Positions 34,985-47,700 of a DNA stretch of 64,000 nt are shown here, one piece after another. The position numbers and the translations under genes were made by a program. The notes beneath the pieces were generated by a model. The model was not told the origin of the DNA, did not search any database, and was given only the letters and a program-made list of their open reading frames with translations. This DNA is from Chara braunii. Lineage: Eukaryota > Plantae > Charophyceae. Each line of letters begins with the position of its first letter. Position 1 is the first letter of the stretch. The stretch covers positions 2,983,663 through 3,047,662 of the forward strand of contig BFEA01000014.1 in the NCBI GenBank assembly GCA_003427395.1, in the 5' to 3' direction.

Positions 34985-35435
34985 GGCAGGGCCAAGCGCG
35001 AAGCCTTGAAAGCACCACCCAGCCCCAGTTGAGGCACAGTCAAGCAAGCCACATTACTTGGGTACATCAGGCGCCAGGCTCAAGCATTATGTCTACTTCA
35101 CCTACCAACCCCTGTTCTGCCATGTTATTTCGTTATCTGTGTGTTATCTATTTGTCTTACTCTGGCATGCTTTTTTTTTTCTTTTCGATACTGAGGCGGG
35201 ACAAGGCCAAGTGTGAAGCCTTGAAAGCCCCAGCCAGCCCCAGTCGTGTGTGTGCTATCTGTGGGCTATCTATGTGTCCATGGTTCTAGATACCAAGGCC
35301 AGGCAAGGACGAGCGCGAAGCCTTGAGAACCCCTGCCCGCCCCAGTCGTGTATGTGTATATGCCATGGTTCCAGATACTGAGGCCGGACACACGCAAGCG
35401 CGGAGCCTTGAAAACCCCTGCCAGGCCCAGTTGTA
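34985..35435. repeat. Four dispersed-tandem copies of a ~35-85-bp unit
   Basis: Core gcgcgaagccttgaaa..cc..cc.gccccagt.g near 34995, 35210, 35310 and 35395. Confidence 0.75.
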
Positions 35436-35935
35436 GTGTGGACCCCCACCAAGACCCCAGATGAGTTCCATATGCATAGAGTTGTACTGTCATGTGAATG
35501 GTGGGCCTATCTGTGCGAACCCCCCCCAAAGTCTCTAGCCATGTGCTACGCTGTGAATTGATCCCAATGTAAGATATGCCAGAACAGGGAAGAATATCGG
35601 AACCATCAATGACCATGTCAAGCAACCCACGCATAGTCAAGACCCAGCATACAACAACCTGGACTAAGTCCCCTGAGTGATGCAGGCAGGGTGTGTCTCC
35701 ATAATGCAGCACCCCGAGGACAGTGTGTACAGCCGCACGTTGGTCAACGCCCACCGGCAGAAGTGTGCGAGGCTGCAATTGAGTTTTGACCCCGCAACCT
35801 CATACCACAATGCTCATGTCCTTTTTTTTTTTTTTTTTTTTTANCATCCTTTCAATAAAATTAAAATAATGGCAACAGCACCAAAAGACAGCAGGACAGT
35901 TCCTTTGGACAGATCTCCACACTAGCAGCGTCTTT

Positions 35936-36300
35936 GTTTTTTTTTTTTTGTTTTTTTTTTTTTTACAAGAAAACAACCCAAGATGATGCTAGGGGTGCTG
36001 ATAGGAGCAGACACCACTAGCAGTCTCGGGAGGGCTCCATCTATTGGTGGGGAGCAACACCTGCTGGAAAGCGGGTCCAGCATCCCAGATCATTTGTAAC
36101 CGAATGTTTGAACAATTGTAAATGCGCAGGCACGCGGTGATGGGCAGCATTGATTGCCATCGAGCGAGGGGATTGACTGCCCATCAAACCCTAGGACCCT
36201 TACCCTGCCTTATTCAACTACTATACTGATACAGTAAGNAGGGGAAAGAACCGGACAAGGTTCGGTTTCCAACCGGTTCTCTACCCACTGAGCTACTCGG
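35936..36300 (-). mobile_element. Putative tRNA-headed SINE with the LINE 3' tail
   Basis: Minus: ccgagtagctcagtgggtagag (A-box-like) ... ggttctttcc (degenerate B-box), upstream hairpin 36139-36185, full module 35960-36086, poly(A). Confidence 0.5.
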
Positions 36301-36324
36301 TTTGTACAGTGTGTGTGTGGGTGC

Positions 36325-36346
36325 TTTAAGGGATGTCCCGAAGGAC
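36325..36346 (-). pseudogene. U6: U6 snRNA copy 2 (inner), 5' end
   Basis: Minus: gtccttcgggacatcccttaaa; overlaps the middle piece by cttaaa (6-bp duplication). Confidence 0.75.
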
Positions 36347-36415
36347 AGACAAGGAAGATTAGCATGGCCCCTGCGCAAGGATGACACAGTGTCACATAAA
36401 TAGAGAAATGGTTCC
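36347..36415 (+). pseudogene. U6: U6 snRNA copy 1 (outer), 3' part
   Basis: gaagattagcatggcccctgcgcaaggatgacac is a 34-nt exact match to the canonical U6 core, followed by cataaatagagaaatggt. Confidence 0.95.
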
Positions 36416-36943
36416 CCCTCCCCCCCCCCCCCCCCCCCACAAAAAAAAGGGTACATTGTTATTATTATACAAGATCTTAGGACTGACTCAAACGGATACG
36501 ATAATTCCTGACAGTGTCAGAACTGACATAATATCTGACGTATTTGACGTACCAAGCTGACATGAGGAACATTCCTTGACAAACATAACGCAATCCTATT
36601 CTGATTGACATGAGGCTTTATGGGCCTCTATCCATTCATCATCTTCTTCTTCTGCTGCTGCTGCCGCTTTTCACTTTTGACCTTTTCTATGCTAATCTTC
36701 AAAACTGACATTGTTGCAATTGTAACACATGTCTGGGGGGTCCATCCATTCATGTTCCACTGTATCATATTGTTTTGTTTTGTTTTTGTTTTCTCTTTTT
36801 TTACAGGAAAACTCAGCTCGTTTGATTGCGCACACCAAAAAGAGAGGCTGGGAAACATCAACAAACAACCCGGAGAAAGCGAAACAGAGTTTACTGGGGC
36901 CTATACCCAGCCCAGGAGACCTGGCTACTGGTTATGATGTAAA

Positions 36944-37091
36944 GGGACGCTGGACCCGTTTTCCAGCAGGTGCAGCTCCTTACCAATGGAACAGAGCCAT
37001 CCAACAAGCGGGGATAGTAGAGGGGGTGTCTGCTCTTATCAGCACCTCCCCTACACCCCGTCATCGAGGATTCTAAACAAACAAAAAAAAA
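36944..37091 (+). mobile_element. LINE 3'-terminal module copy (LINE-A-like)
   Basis: ttatgatgtaaagggacgctggaccc...ggggtgtctgctcttatcagcacctccc; A-rich tail. Confidence 0.85.
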
Positions 37092-37127
37092 GAGACAAAA
37101 GTTCAAAAAACTTCAAAAAAGGTGTCA

Positions 37128-37499
37128 AGGTGAAAAGTCCAGAGACAGAAATGGCCAACACCAGACCGCTGTCCTGATATCATATTGTTATCTGACTGGT
37201 GTTTGTTTTTCTTCCTCCCTCCCTCCTCCCCCCTCTAGTCATGAAGGCAATCTGAAAGCGCCGTGGGTAACAATGACAATGTCCTGATTTAACCATGCCT
37301 ATTATGTTGTACAAATCTCGTCAGGGTGAAAAGTCCAGTGACAGAAATGGCCAACACCAGACCGCTGTCCTGATATCACATTGCTATCTGACTGGTGCTT
37401 GTCTTTCTTCCTCTCCCCCCCCCCTCCCCTCCCCTAGTCATGAAGGCAATCTGAAAGTGCCATGTGTAACAATGACAATGTCATGATTTAACCATGCCA
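37128..37499. repeat. ~195-bp tandem duplication
   Basis: ggtgaaaagtccag.gacagaaatggccaacaccagaccgctgtcctgatatca...gatttaaccatgcc occurs twice. Confidence 0.9.
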
Positions 37500-37744
37500 T
37501 AGGAAGGACAAAGTTGGCGGGATCAGCGCTAGTGCTACGCGGCCCTCGGCCAGCAAGGCCTGACCACCAGGATCTGCGCACGTGCTCGGGGACTCAACGT
37601 CTCCCGAGCCTTGAGCACCCGCGTACCCCAGCTGTCCAGACTGGATTGGCAGCGCCACGTGGACCATGTGGGGTGCGGTGACGCCAGCGCCATCTACGTG
37701 AGGAGAAGTTTCTTCCATACAACATCGGCGGGAGCGGACAAGCG

Positions 37745-38190
37745 ATGGTGATGAAGAAAGGACTTAGCAACGAAGAGGGTGTGCAGGGCATCCCTCCTGA
37801 CCTGCAGCACCCATTGGCAACAGCACAAGAGCCGCCCCCCTCTCCTCCGACAGGACAGGCGTGGGTGTCGGCAGCAGACATTGTTGAGATGTACAAAAGA
37901 CCGATAGAAGACGCGCTCGCGAATCGCGATTATGCAACACAAGTTTGAGAACCTACCACTGGAGCTTCTTCGGGAAGCAGAGGAGGCCTTTGGTGGATGG
38001 GAAGACGAGTTGCGAGCGAGCGTATTTTCACAGCTACAAGATAGCTTTGCCAACGACCAGGTTTCCGATGACATTCATGAGTGCGTTACATCGTTGGGCA
38101 AGCTACAAACGATTTTTGTACAACGTCGAGCCATAATCAGCGTTGACAACTGGCAGGAGGCCGAGGAAGGCCTACAGGATGATGGGGGCC
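37745..38190 (+). pseudogene. Fragment of an unidentified repeat-borne ORF family
   Basis: DIVEMYKRPIEDA...LPLELLREAEEAFGGWEDELRA...DIHECV aligns with DIVGIYKQQIHEA...LSLEILQEAEEPFEGCGDVLRA...DIQECL at 55955-56521. Confidence 0.6.
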
Positions 38191-38196
38191 ACAAAG

Positions 38197-41100
38197 TTTT
38201 TTTTTTTTTTTTTTTAAACAAATCCCGTGGCGTCAGGTAGGAGTGATGATACGAGCATGTAGGAGTGATGATACGAGCATGCACTCCTACCAGACTTAGC
38301 GGGGCTCCATTCTATTGGTGGGGAGCTGCACCTGCTGGAAACCGGGTCCAGCGTCCCATGAGAAACAATGAAGGACCGAGGTACAACACAAACTGGGAAC
38401 CGGGCCCAGCATCCCTTCTGATCAGTGCCAGTGGGAAATCTACAACTGACTGTTGAGTCTTGTGCCTCTTCACCCTGAGAGGGTGCTAGATATACGTATC
38501 TTCCTAGCACTTAATCACACTTGTCTTGAGAAAGGTCGACCCCAACATTCATTGACAATGCAAGGGATTTTCCAGATCATTCGTACACATACCACAACCT
38601 GGGAACTAAGCAAAGGTTCGAGAGTGGGAAGGCATCAGGGAAACCGCCAGAGGTCTTAAAGGTATAGTACGATCAACATTGCTCCACTCATTAAAGGCCA
38701 GGCTGTAGTTCCTTGGGATCTCTTTTTGGGCGTTCTCTTTTGTTCCTTCCCACTTCACCTATCCCAATCTCCCTCCCTAGTCCCCTCCAAGCCAGTTCTG
38801 ATTAAATGTTTTAATATGATGCAATATTTCTTTTTCTAGTGACAAAAATTGTAATTTTTCCTTAAGGGACTCCCCATTTGATAATGATCTCTGTTTGGAT
38901 CTGTTGTCTGATAGTATCAATGAATTCAGGGCCATCTAGGCGAGCACCTTTCATTTCATGAGTACACCATCTTAACCAGATCGCCCACATGACCGCTCGC
39001 CTTCCGATTATGAATAGGTTTAGAGTGAAAGCATTTTCTTGGTTCGGATTCCAGGATTCCAGGAGGAGGGTCTTCCAATTCCAGAGCCAAGGGAGGGATG
39101 TTCCTAACTGGCTCCAAATCCTATCCCACTACCGCCATAGCCAAATTGGGCCTGGGCATTGCAAGAAAATGTGTTCTAAAGTTTCCGGTATGAGTTTGGA
39201 TGGGAAGGCTGATTTGCAGAACTTCCACCACGGAAGGGCTATTCCTTTTCGTTCCAACGATGTTTTATCGATGATCAAGTCGTTTGTAGGGAGACAGCGA
39301 TGGGCAATTTGCCATTGCAGCGACGCTACTTTAGCTGGTCTGGATTTAATAGAGTGGAATCACTTAATAGAGTGCAATTCTTCTTTACTTACGTTTAGAT
39401 GCCTCATCCAACGATCTTCTATTTTGTCTCTTAGGTTTATCTTAGGACGAAGCATCCTATAGGTAGGCTTCACTGACAGGGTGTGAAGTGTCCTTACGTA
39501 AGAGCACCCTGTACCATTTGAGGTGGACCAGATCCAGTAGACCGGATCTAAAAGGAGATGAGAGATGGGTATGTCTGGTTTAAAAGCAAGCCAACTTTCC
39601 TTAATCATAAGGACTCTGATCCTGAAAACTCTATTTGCTTTGACCCACCCCGTGTGCTCTTGTGATCTCGCCTTGAGGAAACCATCCTCCCCTAGATCAA
39701 AGATAGATATAAGAATATCCCTTGTGTTGCGGACTTCAATTACATTTCCCACTATCCCTTGTTGATCGATGATGGATACCCGGTCATTCGAGATAAGCTT
39801 CGATCCATTTATCAGGATTCTGACCCAGTCTAGAAGAATTATATCAATTGATTGTTCTAAAGTTTCCTTTTTATGATGGCAATATCTTAATTTCTCCTCG
39901 AGGGTCGGCACATCAACCCAGTCTCCGTTCTCAACGTTCCAGACGTCTCTAATGCGTGTGACTCCTTTCTTAATCCATTTTTTCCATGGTGAGTCCGAAC
40001 AGTTGAGGGTGCACCCTTGAGAATCCCTGATAAATGTATTGTTAAACAATGGTTGTTGGCAAACCTCTTCCCATCTCTCAGAAGCTATCTTGTCTGGGAG
40101 AGGCAATTTCCTCTACTTTTTAATCAAGTTGATCCAAAATGGGTCCCTGGCAATATCTCTCATGGCTGCTTGTCGGTCGAACAGTTCCAGGTGATGGGGT
40201 TCTAATGTGGTGCTCCTCGAAAGCGACCAGGAGCGGTTTTCCAACCACATGAGTGTATCCACCCCCTCTGAAGTGGGTGGAGCTAGTCTTTTCATTTGCT
40301 CACCTGCCAGCTTACTCCAAGGGGTCCTGGGATTGAATAAGAGGCATTTTAATCATTGAATGGACAGGGCCATAGCCTAGGTAGCGGGGTCTATGATGCC
40401 TAGGTCACCTTTGGCTTTGGGCTAGATTATAGAAAGTCATGTAAGTGATGTCACACTACTAATGACATTTTCATATTCGTGATTTCGTCGCCAGAGGAAG
40501 ACAACGAATTGCCGTTGAAAAACCTTAATGGTTGCTTTGTCCAAGGGCCAGATCGCTGATTTATACCAGATTGAGGTCAATACTACATTGTTAATGACTA
40601 ACGTCCTGCCTAGTAACGAGGTATGTTTGTCTCTTTATAACTTCAATTTTGAATGTGCTTGTGTAAAATCCCATCATTGTTAGATAAGGGTTTGCCAAGT
40701 GCAGAGAGAGAGATCCCTAGGACTCTGATAAGTGTTCCAGGAGGAAGCCATTTGATCAGTGGTCGTTCTGGAGGCCTTACTCCTTGATAATGAATCCACC
40801 ATCCCAGCGTTTTATTTCTCCAATTTACCTTCATATATGAGAGTTTGCAAACTTCATTGATAATTCTTTTAATTGCTTCTAAATTCCCTTGAGACGCATC
40901 AACCATCAGAGAGAGGTCATCAACAAACAAGGAACAAACAGGGATTGCTTCCTCTGGGATGGATGAGATCATGACACTTGGATACGCTTAATATCTTTGC
41001 ACTGTCAGAGGTTAGCAGTCAGGGTTTCCATGATTATTATGAAAAGGAGTGGTGCAATTGGGTCACCTTACCTCACTGATTTTTGTAGAGCTATAGGGGG

Positions 41101-41791
41101 AGCCACATTCCCATTAACCATCATTTTTATTGTTGCATTATTATGCAATATTTTAATCCATCGTTTAAAGTTTGGACCAAAATTGAGTTTCTCTAGGCAT
41201 TTATCCAAAAAAAAAACAGTTGACACGATCATATGTTTTTTCGAAATCTATAAATATAATGACCGCGTTGTGTTTAGATTGGCGAGCGAGTTTGACTAAC
41301 TCATTTATCAGTAGAATATTGTCTTTGATATTCCTTCCTTATATAAAACCTGTTTGGGAGAGGTGGATTATGTCGGCTATGCATTTATTTAAGCGATTCG
41401 TTAGGACTTTTGAGACGAGTTTGTATACGAGAGTAAGGAGTGTGATGGGCCGATAATTACGAATATTGCATTTATTGTCCTTTATATAGAGCAGTGTCAG
41501 TATGCCTTGCCCCACAAACTCTCCTATTTGTCCAGTCACCCAAACAGCCTGATAAAAGTCCATTAAGTCCTAAGAGATGAAGTCCCAAAGATATTCTCAA
41601 AACTCCTTAGGCAGTCCATCAATGCGTGAGTTTTTTTCCTCCCCCATGAGCATTAGGGCAGTCCATTCTTCTTCTTTTGTTAGGGGCAACTCCAATTGAT
41701 GTTTGTGGGAGGCAGAGATGGATTTTGACATAGGTTTCATAAATTCATCTATCTCAATATTACTTTGGTTCAGGGGGATGTTACCAGTTTC
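38197..41791 (-). mobile_element. LINE-D 3' half (RT, C-terminus, 3'UTR, module, poly(A))
   Basis: NYRPITLL, QTGFI, LFVDDL; T-run 38197-38216. Confidence 0.92.
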
Positions 41792-44700
41792 CTATGTGTC
41801 CGATAAACGGAGAACAGGCTAAATTCAACATCGTTCAACCCGTTTAACGGGCCCGGGGACCCCCGTTGAATCCCGTTTAACGCAAAAACGGGGGTCTCCC
41901 ATTGAATTCCGAAAAAGGGATTGGGCACGTTGGGCCTCGGACACATGGCCCTATGCGCCCAAACACTCAAACCGGAAAGAAAAAAAAAAAAATCACACCC
42001 CCCTATGGCCCCNNNNNNNNNNNNNNNNNNNNNNNNNNNNNNNNNNNNNNNNNNNNNNNNNNNNNNNNNNNNNNNNNNNNNNNNNNNNNNNNNNNNNNNN
42101 NNNNNNNNNNNNNNNNNNNNNNNNNNNNNNNNNNNNNNNNNNNNNNNNNNNNNNNNNNNNNNNNNNNNNNNNNNNNNNNNNNNNNNNNNNNNNNNNNNNN
42201 NNNNNNNNNNNNNNNNNNNNNNNNNNNNNNNNNNNNNNNNNNNNNNNNNNNNNNNNNNNNNNNNNNNNNNNNNNNNNNNNNNNNNNNNNNNNNNNNNNNN
42301 NNNNNNNNNNNNNNNNNNNNNNNNNNNNNNNNNNNNNNNNNNNNNNNNNNNNNNNNNNNNNNNNNNNNNNNNNNNNNNNNNNNNNNNNNNNNNNNNNNNN
42401 NNNNNNNNNNNNNNNNNNNNNNNNNNNNNNNNNNNNNNNNNNNNNNNNNNNNNNNNNNNNNNNNNNNNNNNNNNNNNNNNNNNNNNNNNNNNNNNNNNNN
42501 NNNNNNNNNNNNNNNNNNNNNNNNNNNNNNNNTTTTTTTGCTTTCTTTTTCAAAAGGACAACCCGAGCAAGTGCTAGGGGTGCTGATACGAGCAGATACC
42601 ACTAGCGTAACTGAAATCATATATGGAAAATGTAATGTACATGAGAAGTCGTGAAGAACCAGTCGCTGAAATCACACATGAAAAATGTAACATAATACAA
42701 TGTGTCCTACTACTACGCCGCTAGTGCCACACTGCCACATGCTGAATAATGGAAAAAAACAATAATCTACAAGTCGTGTCGATGGTGGGGAGAATCTCTA
42801 CTAAGACCAACGTTGAAATACTGTACAGAAACCCTACTCACACCAGAATAAGACACACAAAAGAAGAAGAAAACAACAACAACTACATCACGCAGACTAC
42901 AAGTGACCACTTGACAGGCTGACAATACTAAGACAACATAGCACGACCAAAAACCTTGGACCGTAGAATGTGATGAAGTCGCGTGCAGGTGCGGGAAGGA
43001 TAAGTCACCGACCCCTCTTCCCCCTCCCACTCTGCCTGCTCGTTCCCCCTCGATTGCTGGATGCTCGTATCCTCTTCCCTCGTGTAGGTGGAGACGTATG
43101 CGCAACACGTCTCGAAGCACGCGTCGGTGGGGGGGGTGGGGGCTCATCCTCGTCGTCGTCGTCGTCATCGCCATCGCCGCTCTCACTCTCCTCCTCCTCA
43201 CCCTCCCCCTCACCCTCATAGTCCTCATCATCCTCCCGCGCTGCCGGTGTCGTCTCATGATCATCCTCCTCGATGGTGACAGGGTCGCCTCCCTTCCTCA
43301 ACACAACAACCCTCGCACTAGCCTGTGCGACCGTTTGCTGACGGCGGGATCCACGAGGCATCCCCAACCTCTCCGCCCCCGAAGACTCTCCAAGTGCAGC
43401 GCCTCCCTGTGCAGGCACAAGGCGTGGACGAGGCACTCCATGCTTGCATGGAGTCTGGTCATGCACAGCACGCGTCGCTGCTCTCAAAGCATCATCCAAG
43501 GTCTCTGTAGACACTCCTCCGCCACGACCTCATTGCGGCTCACAACCTGAAGCTGAAACCTCCCTCGCTCCAGTCCTCCTGGCGCCCCTGGTTCCCAAAC
43601 CCGGCTGAAGGCGTGCCATGAGCTCAGTGACACGACGGATGGAATCCAAATCTATGTTCGTCCACCCAAATATCGTTGTGTCGCACACATCCCGCTGAAC
43701 TGTTGTCGTGTCACGAATCCGCAATTGTCCGCGCGTGTGAGGGGATCGAGAGCCTGGGCCTGTCGGCGACGACGACGGATCACCCACACGTGGTCTAGGA
43801 GGAGGGGGTGGCATGTCTCCCGCACCTGGCGCTTTCTCCTGCACGCCCCGATCAACCCAGGAACATCTGCCCTGCTGCGTCCTCCGGTGGAGGTGGACCC
43901 AGACCGATGTAGGGGCCCATGGAACGGAAGGGATCGTCTGCCACTGTCGATGGGTGAGTTTCTGGTCAAATATCCGCGGGTCCAATCGAGTAACATCGAG
44001 CACAGCGGCTGCCGTCAACTCCTCTGTATCCAATCGACGATGAAACTCTTGCGGAGCTGGTCGTCTAGGACGTGAACGCACAACCAACGGCTTGGACCCC
44101 AAGTCCGTGATAACAACACGTGGCACATCATGCACTGCCACCTCAGCTGGCTGCGACCATCGGGCCTCGACCAACTGCATGCCTAAGAACGGGACAACCA
44201 GACCCGCCGCTATGTCATGAACTACGACCCGTGAGTCGCCCGCCCCCCCGTCTCGCCCTGTCCAACCTTCGCAGCCTCGTCGACCATCTGTGGCCCGCCA
44301 AGCACAGCCTCACCCACTGTCTGTGGCCCACTTTCCACAACCTTATCTACCGCCTCTTCTGCCACCGCCTCTATAACGTTCGTCCGGACCTCCCTCGCCA
44401 CCACCCCACCCTGCCGACCATCTCTCCCTGTCTCTCGATGCCTGCGCTCCTCCAAGGCCAGTGCAAACGCCTGAGCACGTGGGTCGCTGAATGCCATAAG
44501 TTGAGCCCTCTCTCGCTCTATGATGTCACATGCCGCATCTCGAGACTCCGCCGCCGTCCTCTCTCTCGAGGTCCGCGAGCCCGTCTCGCCTGCCGCCTCG
44601 TTCATCGAAGGCGCTCGACCAGTCGATGCCGCCCCGCCGCAACTAGGGGGAGCGTCCATCGACAGGTCAAAGTCAAAGTGGGTCCCCATCTCTGAACCCG

Positions 44701-47700
44701 CACACCCTGTGGGAGGAGACATCCCCAACCCCCTTGCCACACCTGGGGTAAAACCGGCCACCACGAGATCAACCTCCTCGGTGATAAACTGTTGCACGAG
44801 GCGCTCCTCAGCGTCCACACCATCCACCTCCTCTCCCACCACAGCAACTCCAACTCGCACCTCCTCCTCCCCCGTCGCCACTCCTCGTACCTCCTCCTGC
44901 GCTACTGCTACCTCCGCCTCCACGGCTGGTGCTGCTGTCACCTCCACCTTCGCTGCGGCTGCCCCCCCCATGTCTGTCGGAGTGGTATGGTGTCCAACCT
45001 CCTCCTGCAAAACCCGCGGGGAAGGTGATTGTAACCTCAGCCGGCGAATTGCCGTAGATCTGTGCAGAAGACCGTGCTGAGGGTAGGAGGATGCCAACTC
45101 CTGTGTCTCCACCTCTGTAGCGCGCGGCTGAACTGGCGAAACGGGCGATGGTGATACCGGACCCGGAGCTGGAAGTGGCGCAGGACTCGGAGCAAGAGGT
45201 GGCGCAAGACTCTAAGTAGTGTGTGGCGGAGGACATGGAGCAGGAGCTGGCGGGGAACTCGAAGGAGGAGGTGGCGCCGGACTCTGAGCAGGAGGTGGCG
45301 GAGGACTCGAAGTAGGAGGTAGTGCCAAACTCGGAGCAGGAGGTGGTGCCGAACTCGGCGCACGAGGTGGGGGAATGGACGACTGAGGCCTCGTCGCGGT
45401 AGGAGTCATGATCCCCGCCTTTGCACGGCTACTGCGTGCATGAGATCCCCCCACTCTCTCATCGCGCACATCATCTGTGGAAGCCACCTCCCCGAAAAGG
45501 CCCCAACGATCCTCGTCTCCCCCCATCATCTCCATCTCATCAAATGCCCCCCCTCGTCGTGCGGTGTATGTCCTCGTCTTCGCGTCCTTGGCATCCTCGT
45601 GTGTCTCGTCGATCTCACGAGGAATGGGGAGCGCAGGGCCATCCGCTGCCTCTGGTAACCGCTCGTCATTTGAGTCATCGTCCCTAGGATACGGACGAAA
45701 AATGCAAGCACGTCGCTGAAAAACAGCAGTGGCAGGCGGCGGTGCGGAAGCACCGATGGGATCCCGCATAATAAGCGCAGGTTGAACCTACTGGGCAATC
45801 TGCTCCTGCGTCATCCCCTTGCGCGTCCCCGTGCGCACCGGCTCCAGCTGAATGCCTGACTGGCAGTCGAGCATGCCCTCGTCCCGCTGCCATGGCAACA
45901 CATAACCGCATCCCGCCTGCCGATACTCCGTCAACCACACATTTGTGGTGATCTCAACGAGCTGCATGACCTTCTTGAAGGCCAACTGGTTGCGCTTCTT
46001 CGTGTGGATGCCCTCATGGACCACCCAGTTCCTCTCCGCTAGAGAGGCGCAGGACCACATGTGCATCACACGAAGAGCGCACCGCTGCAACTCAGGTGCG
46101 CCAGCCCCGTACAGGGACCACCAAGACGCGCACTCGATCGTCTCCGTTTCACTGCTACACGCGCCCCCACGAGCACGCCCCTCCGCCCCGCGCCAATCAC
46201 CAAACCTGCCCTGCTGCATGTGAAAGTCCTCGAGTTGCCGACACGCAACGATGTAATCTGCACCATCCAACTCGAAACCCGTCTGTGTCAAAATGTACCT
46301 CTTGGTCCTATAATCTGATTCCGGCCCTGGGTAACGATGAATGATCCTAAAATTAGGGTTTCGGGGTCAAATTTTGTGTTTTTTTGGAATTTTTTTTTCT
46401 GCCTCATTTGTTTTACGACAAGCTTGCTGTGTGTCAAATTTGGTGTCATTTGGGTTATTAGAATTTGTGCTGTTAATAAGAAGTGCACTCTATAGATTGG
46501 TGTGAAGTTTGCTTGGGATGGCCTTATGGTTTTCTTATAAATTGAGGTGAAAAATGGGGGGTCGGTTAACCTTTTCTCCACAAGCCAAGCATGGTAAGCC
46601 TCCACCTCGCCAAAAAAGTAATGAACATGTCGCATGCACGGGTTCAGTAAAAACCCAGCGTAGTGAGCCAGCTCAAGTATGTGGTGTGTGCAGGCCTGCA
46701 CACGCCTGATGATCCAGTTCGCGAAGGACTGGCCCAAAGGAGCACATGCGTCCTTCACACAATGGACAAGACCCTGTGCCCACTCGACCACGAGCGACAT
46801 GAACTTCCCTCCACGATCTATCCGCCTAAGCAACTGCATGACGGGCTTCATAATATGGACGATGATGGCAACCCTCTGCCACCAAGGATCCCATCTGATC
46901 TGTCGGCGCACCCAATGCGCCATCTGACACACATCGGCAGACCACGGGATGGAAGCAAATGCCGTCGAGTCGTCCCCTCGCATCATGCCCTGCAAAGTGT
47001 CCAACAAAGCCAGCAGCCTCTTCAGCATGGAGTAAACAGACGCAAACCGTGTCTCGCAGGAAAGAATAAGCCCCTTGTCGGGGCTGCGCCTCCTAAAAAA
47101 AGAAAGGGCGGCCTGGTGGGTTTTGAAAAACACCACCAGCACACAAGCGCGTGTAATTGCATCCACAAACGCGTCGCAACTCGTCCCCATGTCTGACAAC
47201 AATTTGTTGCTGACATGGACGGAGCGCGAAAGCCAAGTGCTCCTCCTCAATGCAAGAGGCATGGTCGACGAGGCCAACGCCCTTGCAGCCCCCACGTACG
47301 CTGAAGCGGAGTCAGTGCAAATCGCATTGACCCGCTGAGGTCCACCGAACCTGAACTCGTGGAAGATGGTGACCCATCTCCGAAGGACGTGCACTGCATC
47401 GTCCGGCTCACCCTCTCGATTGATCGTCATGTACATGAGGACCCCTCGCAAGCCTGCGGCAAGGAAATTCACGATCGGTCTCCCGTCTCATGATTTCCTC
47501 CCATCAGAGAGTGTGGTGGCACCAGTCACCCAGAATGGTTACCTCACCTCCTCCAACTCCTCCGCCAACTCCGCACGGTGGGTCAACACCGCCTGCATGC
47601 TGGCAATCTCGTTGTGGCTAGGGAGCACAGCGCAAGGAGAACTGCCAGGCTGCTCAAGGAGCACTTGTTGATATGCCTTCCATGCCTCGTTGCGGAAGGC

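Noticed and set aside
35985-36086. Antisense strand of the module as a hammerhead ribozyme (CTGATA...GAAA)
   Set aside because: Core is not CUGANGA, the stems do not close properly, and poly(A) defines the other strand as sense.
31571-36415. Functional intron-containing U6 gene
   Set aside because: Interruptions have TSDs and poly(A) rather than splice sites; both copies have altered ACAGAGA boxes, the inner copy has AGG for AGC, and no USE or oligo-T terminator was recognised.
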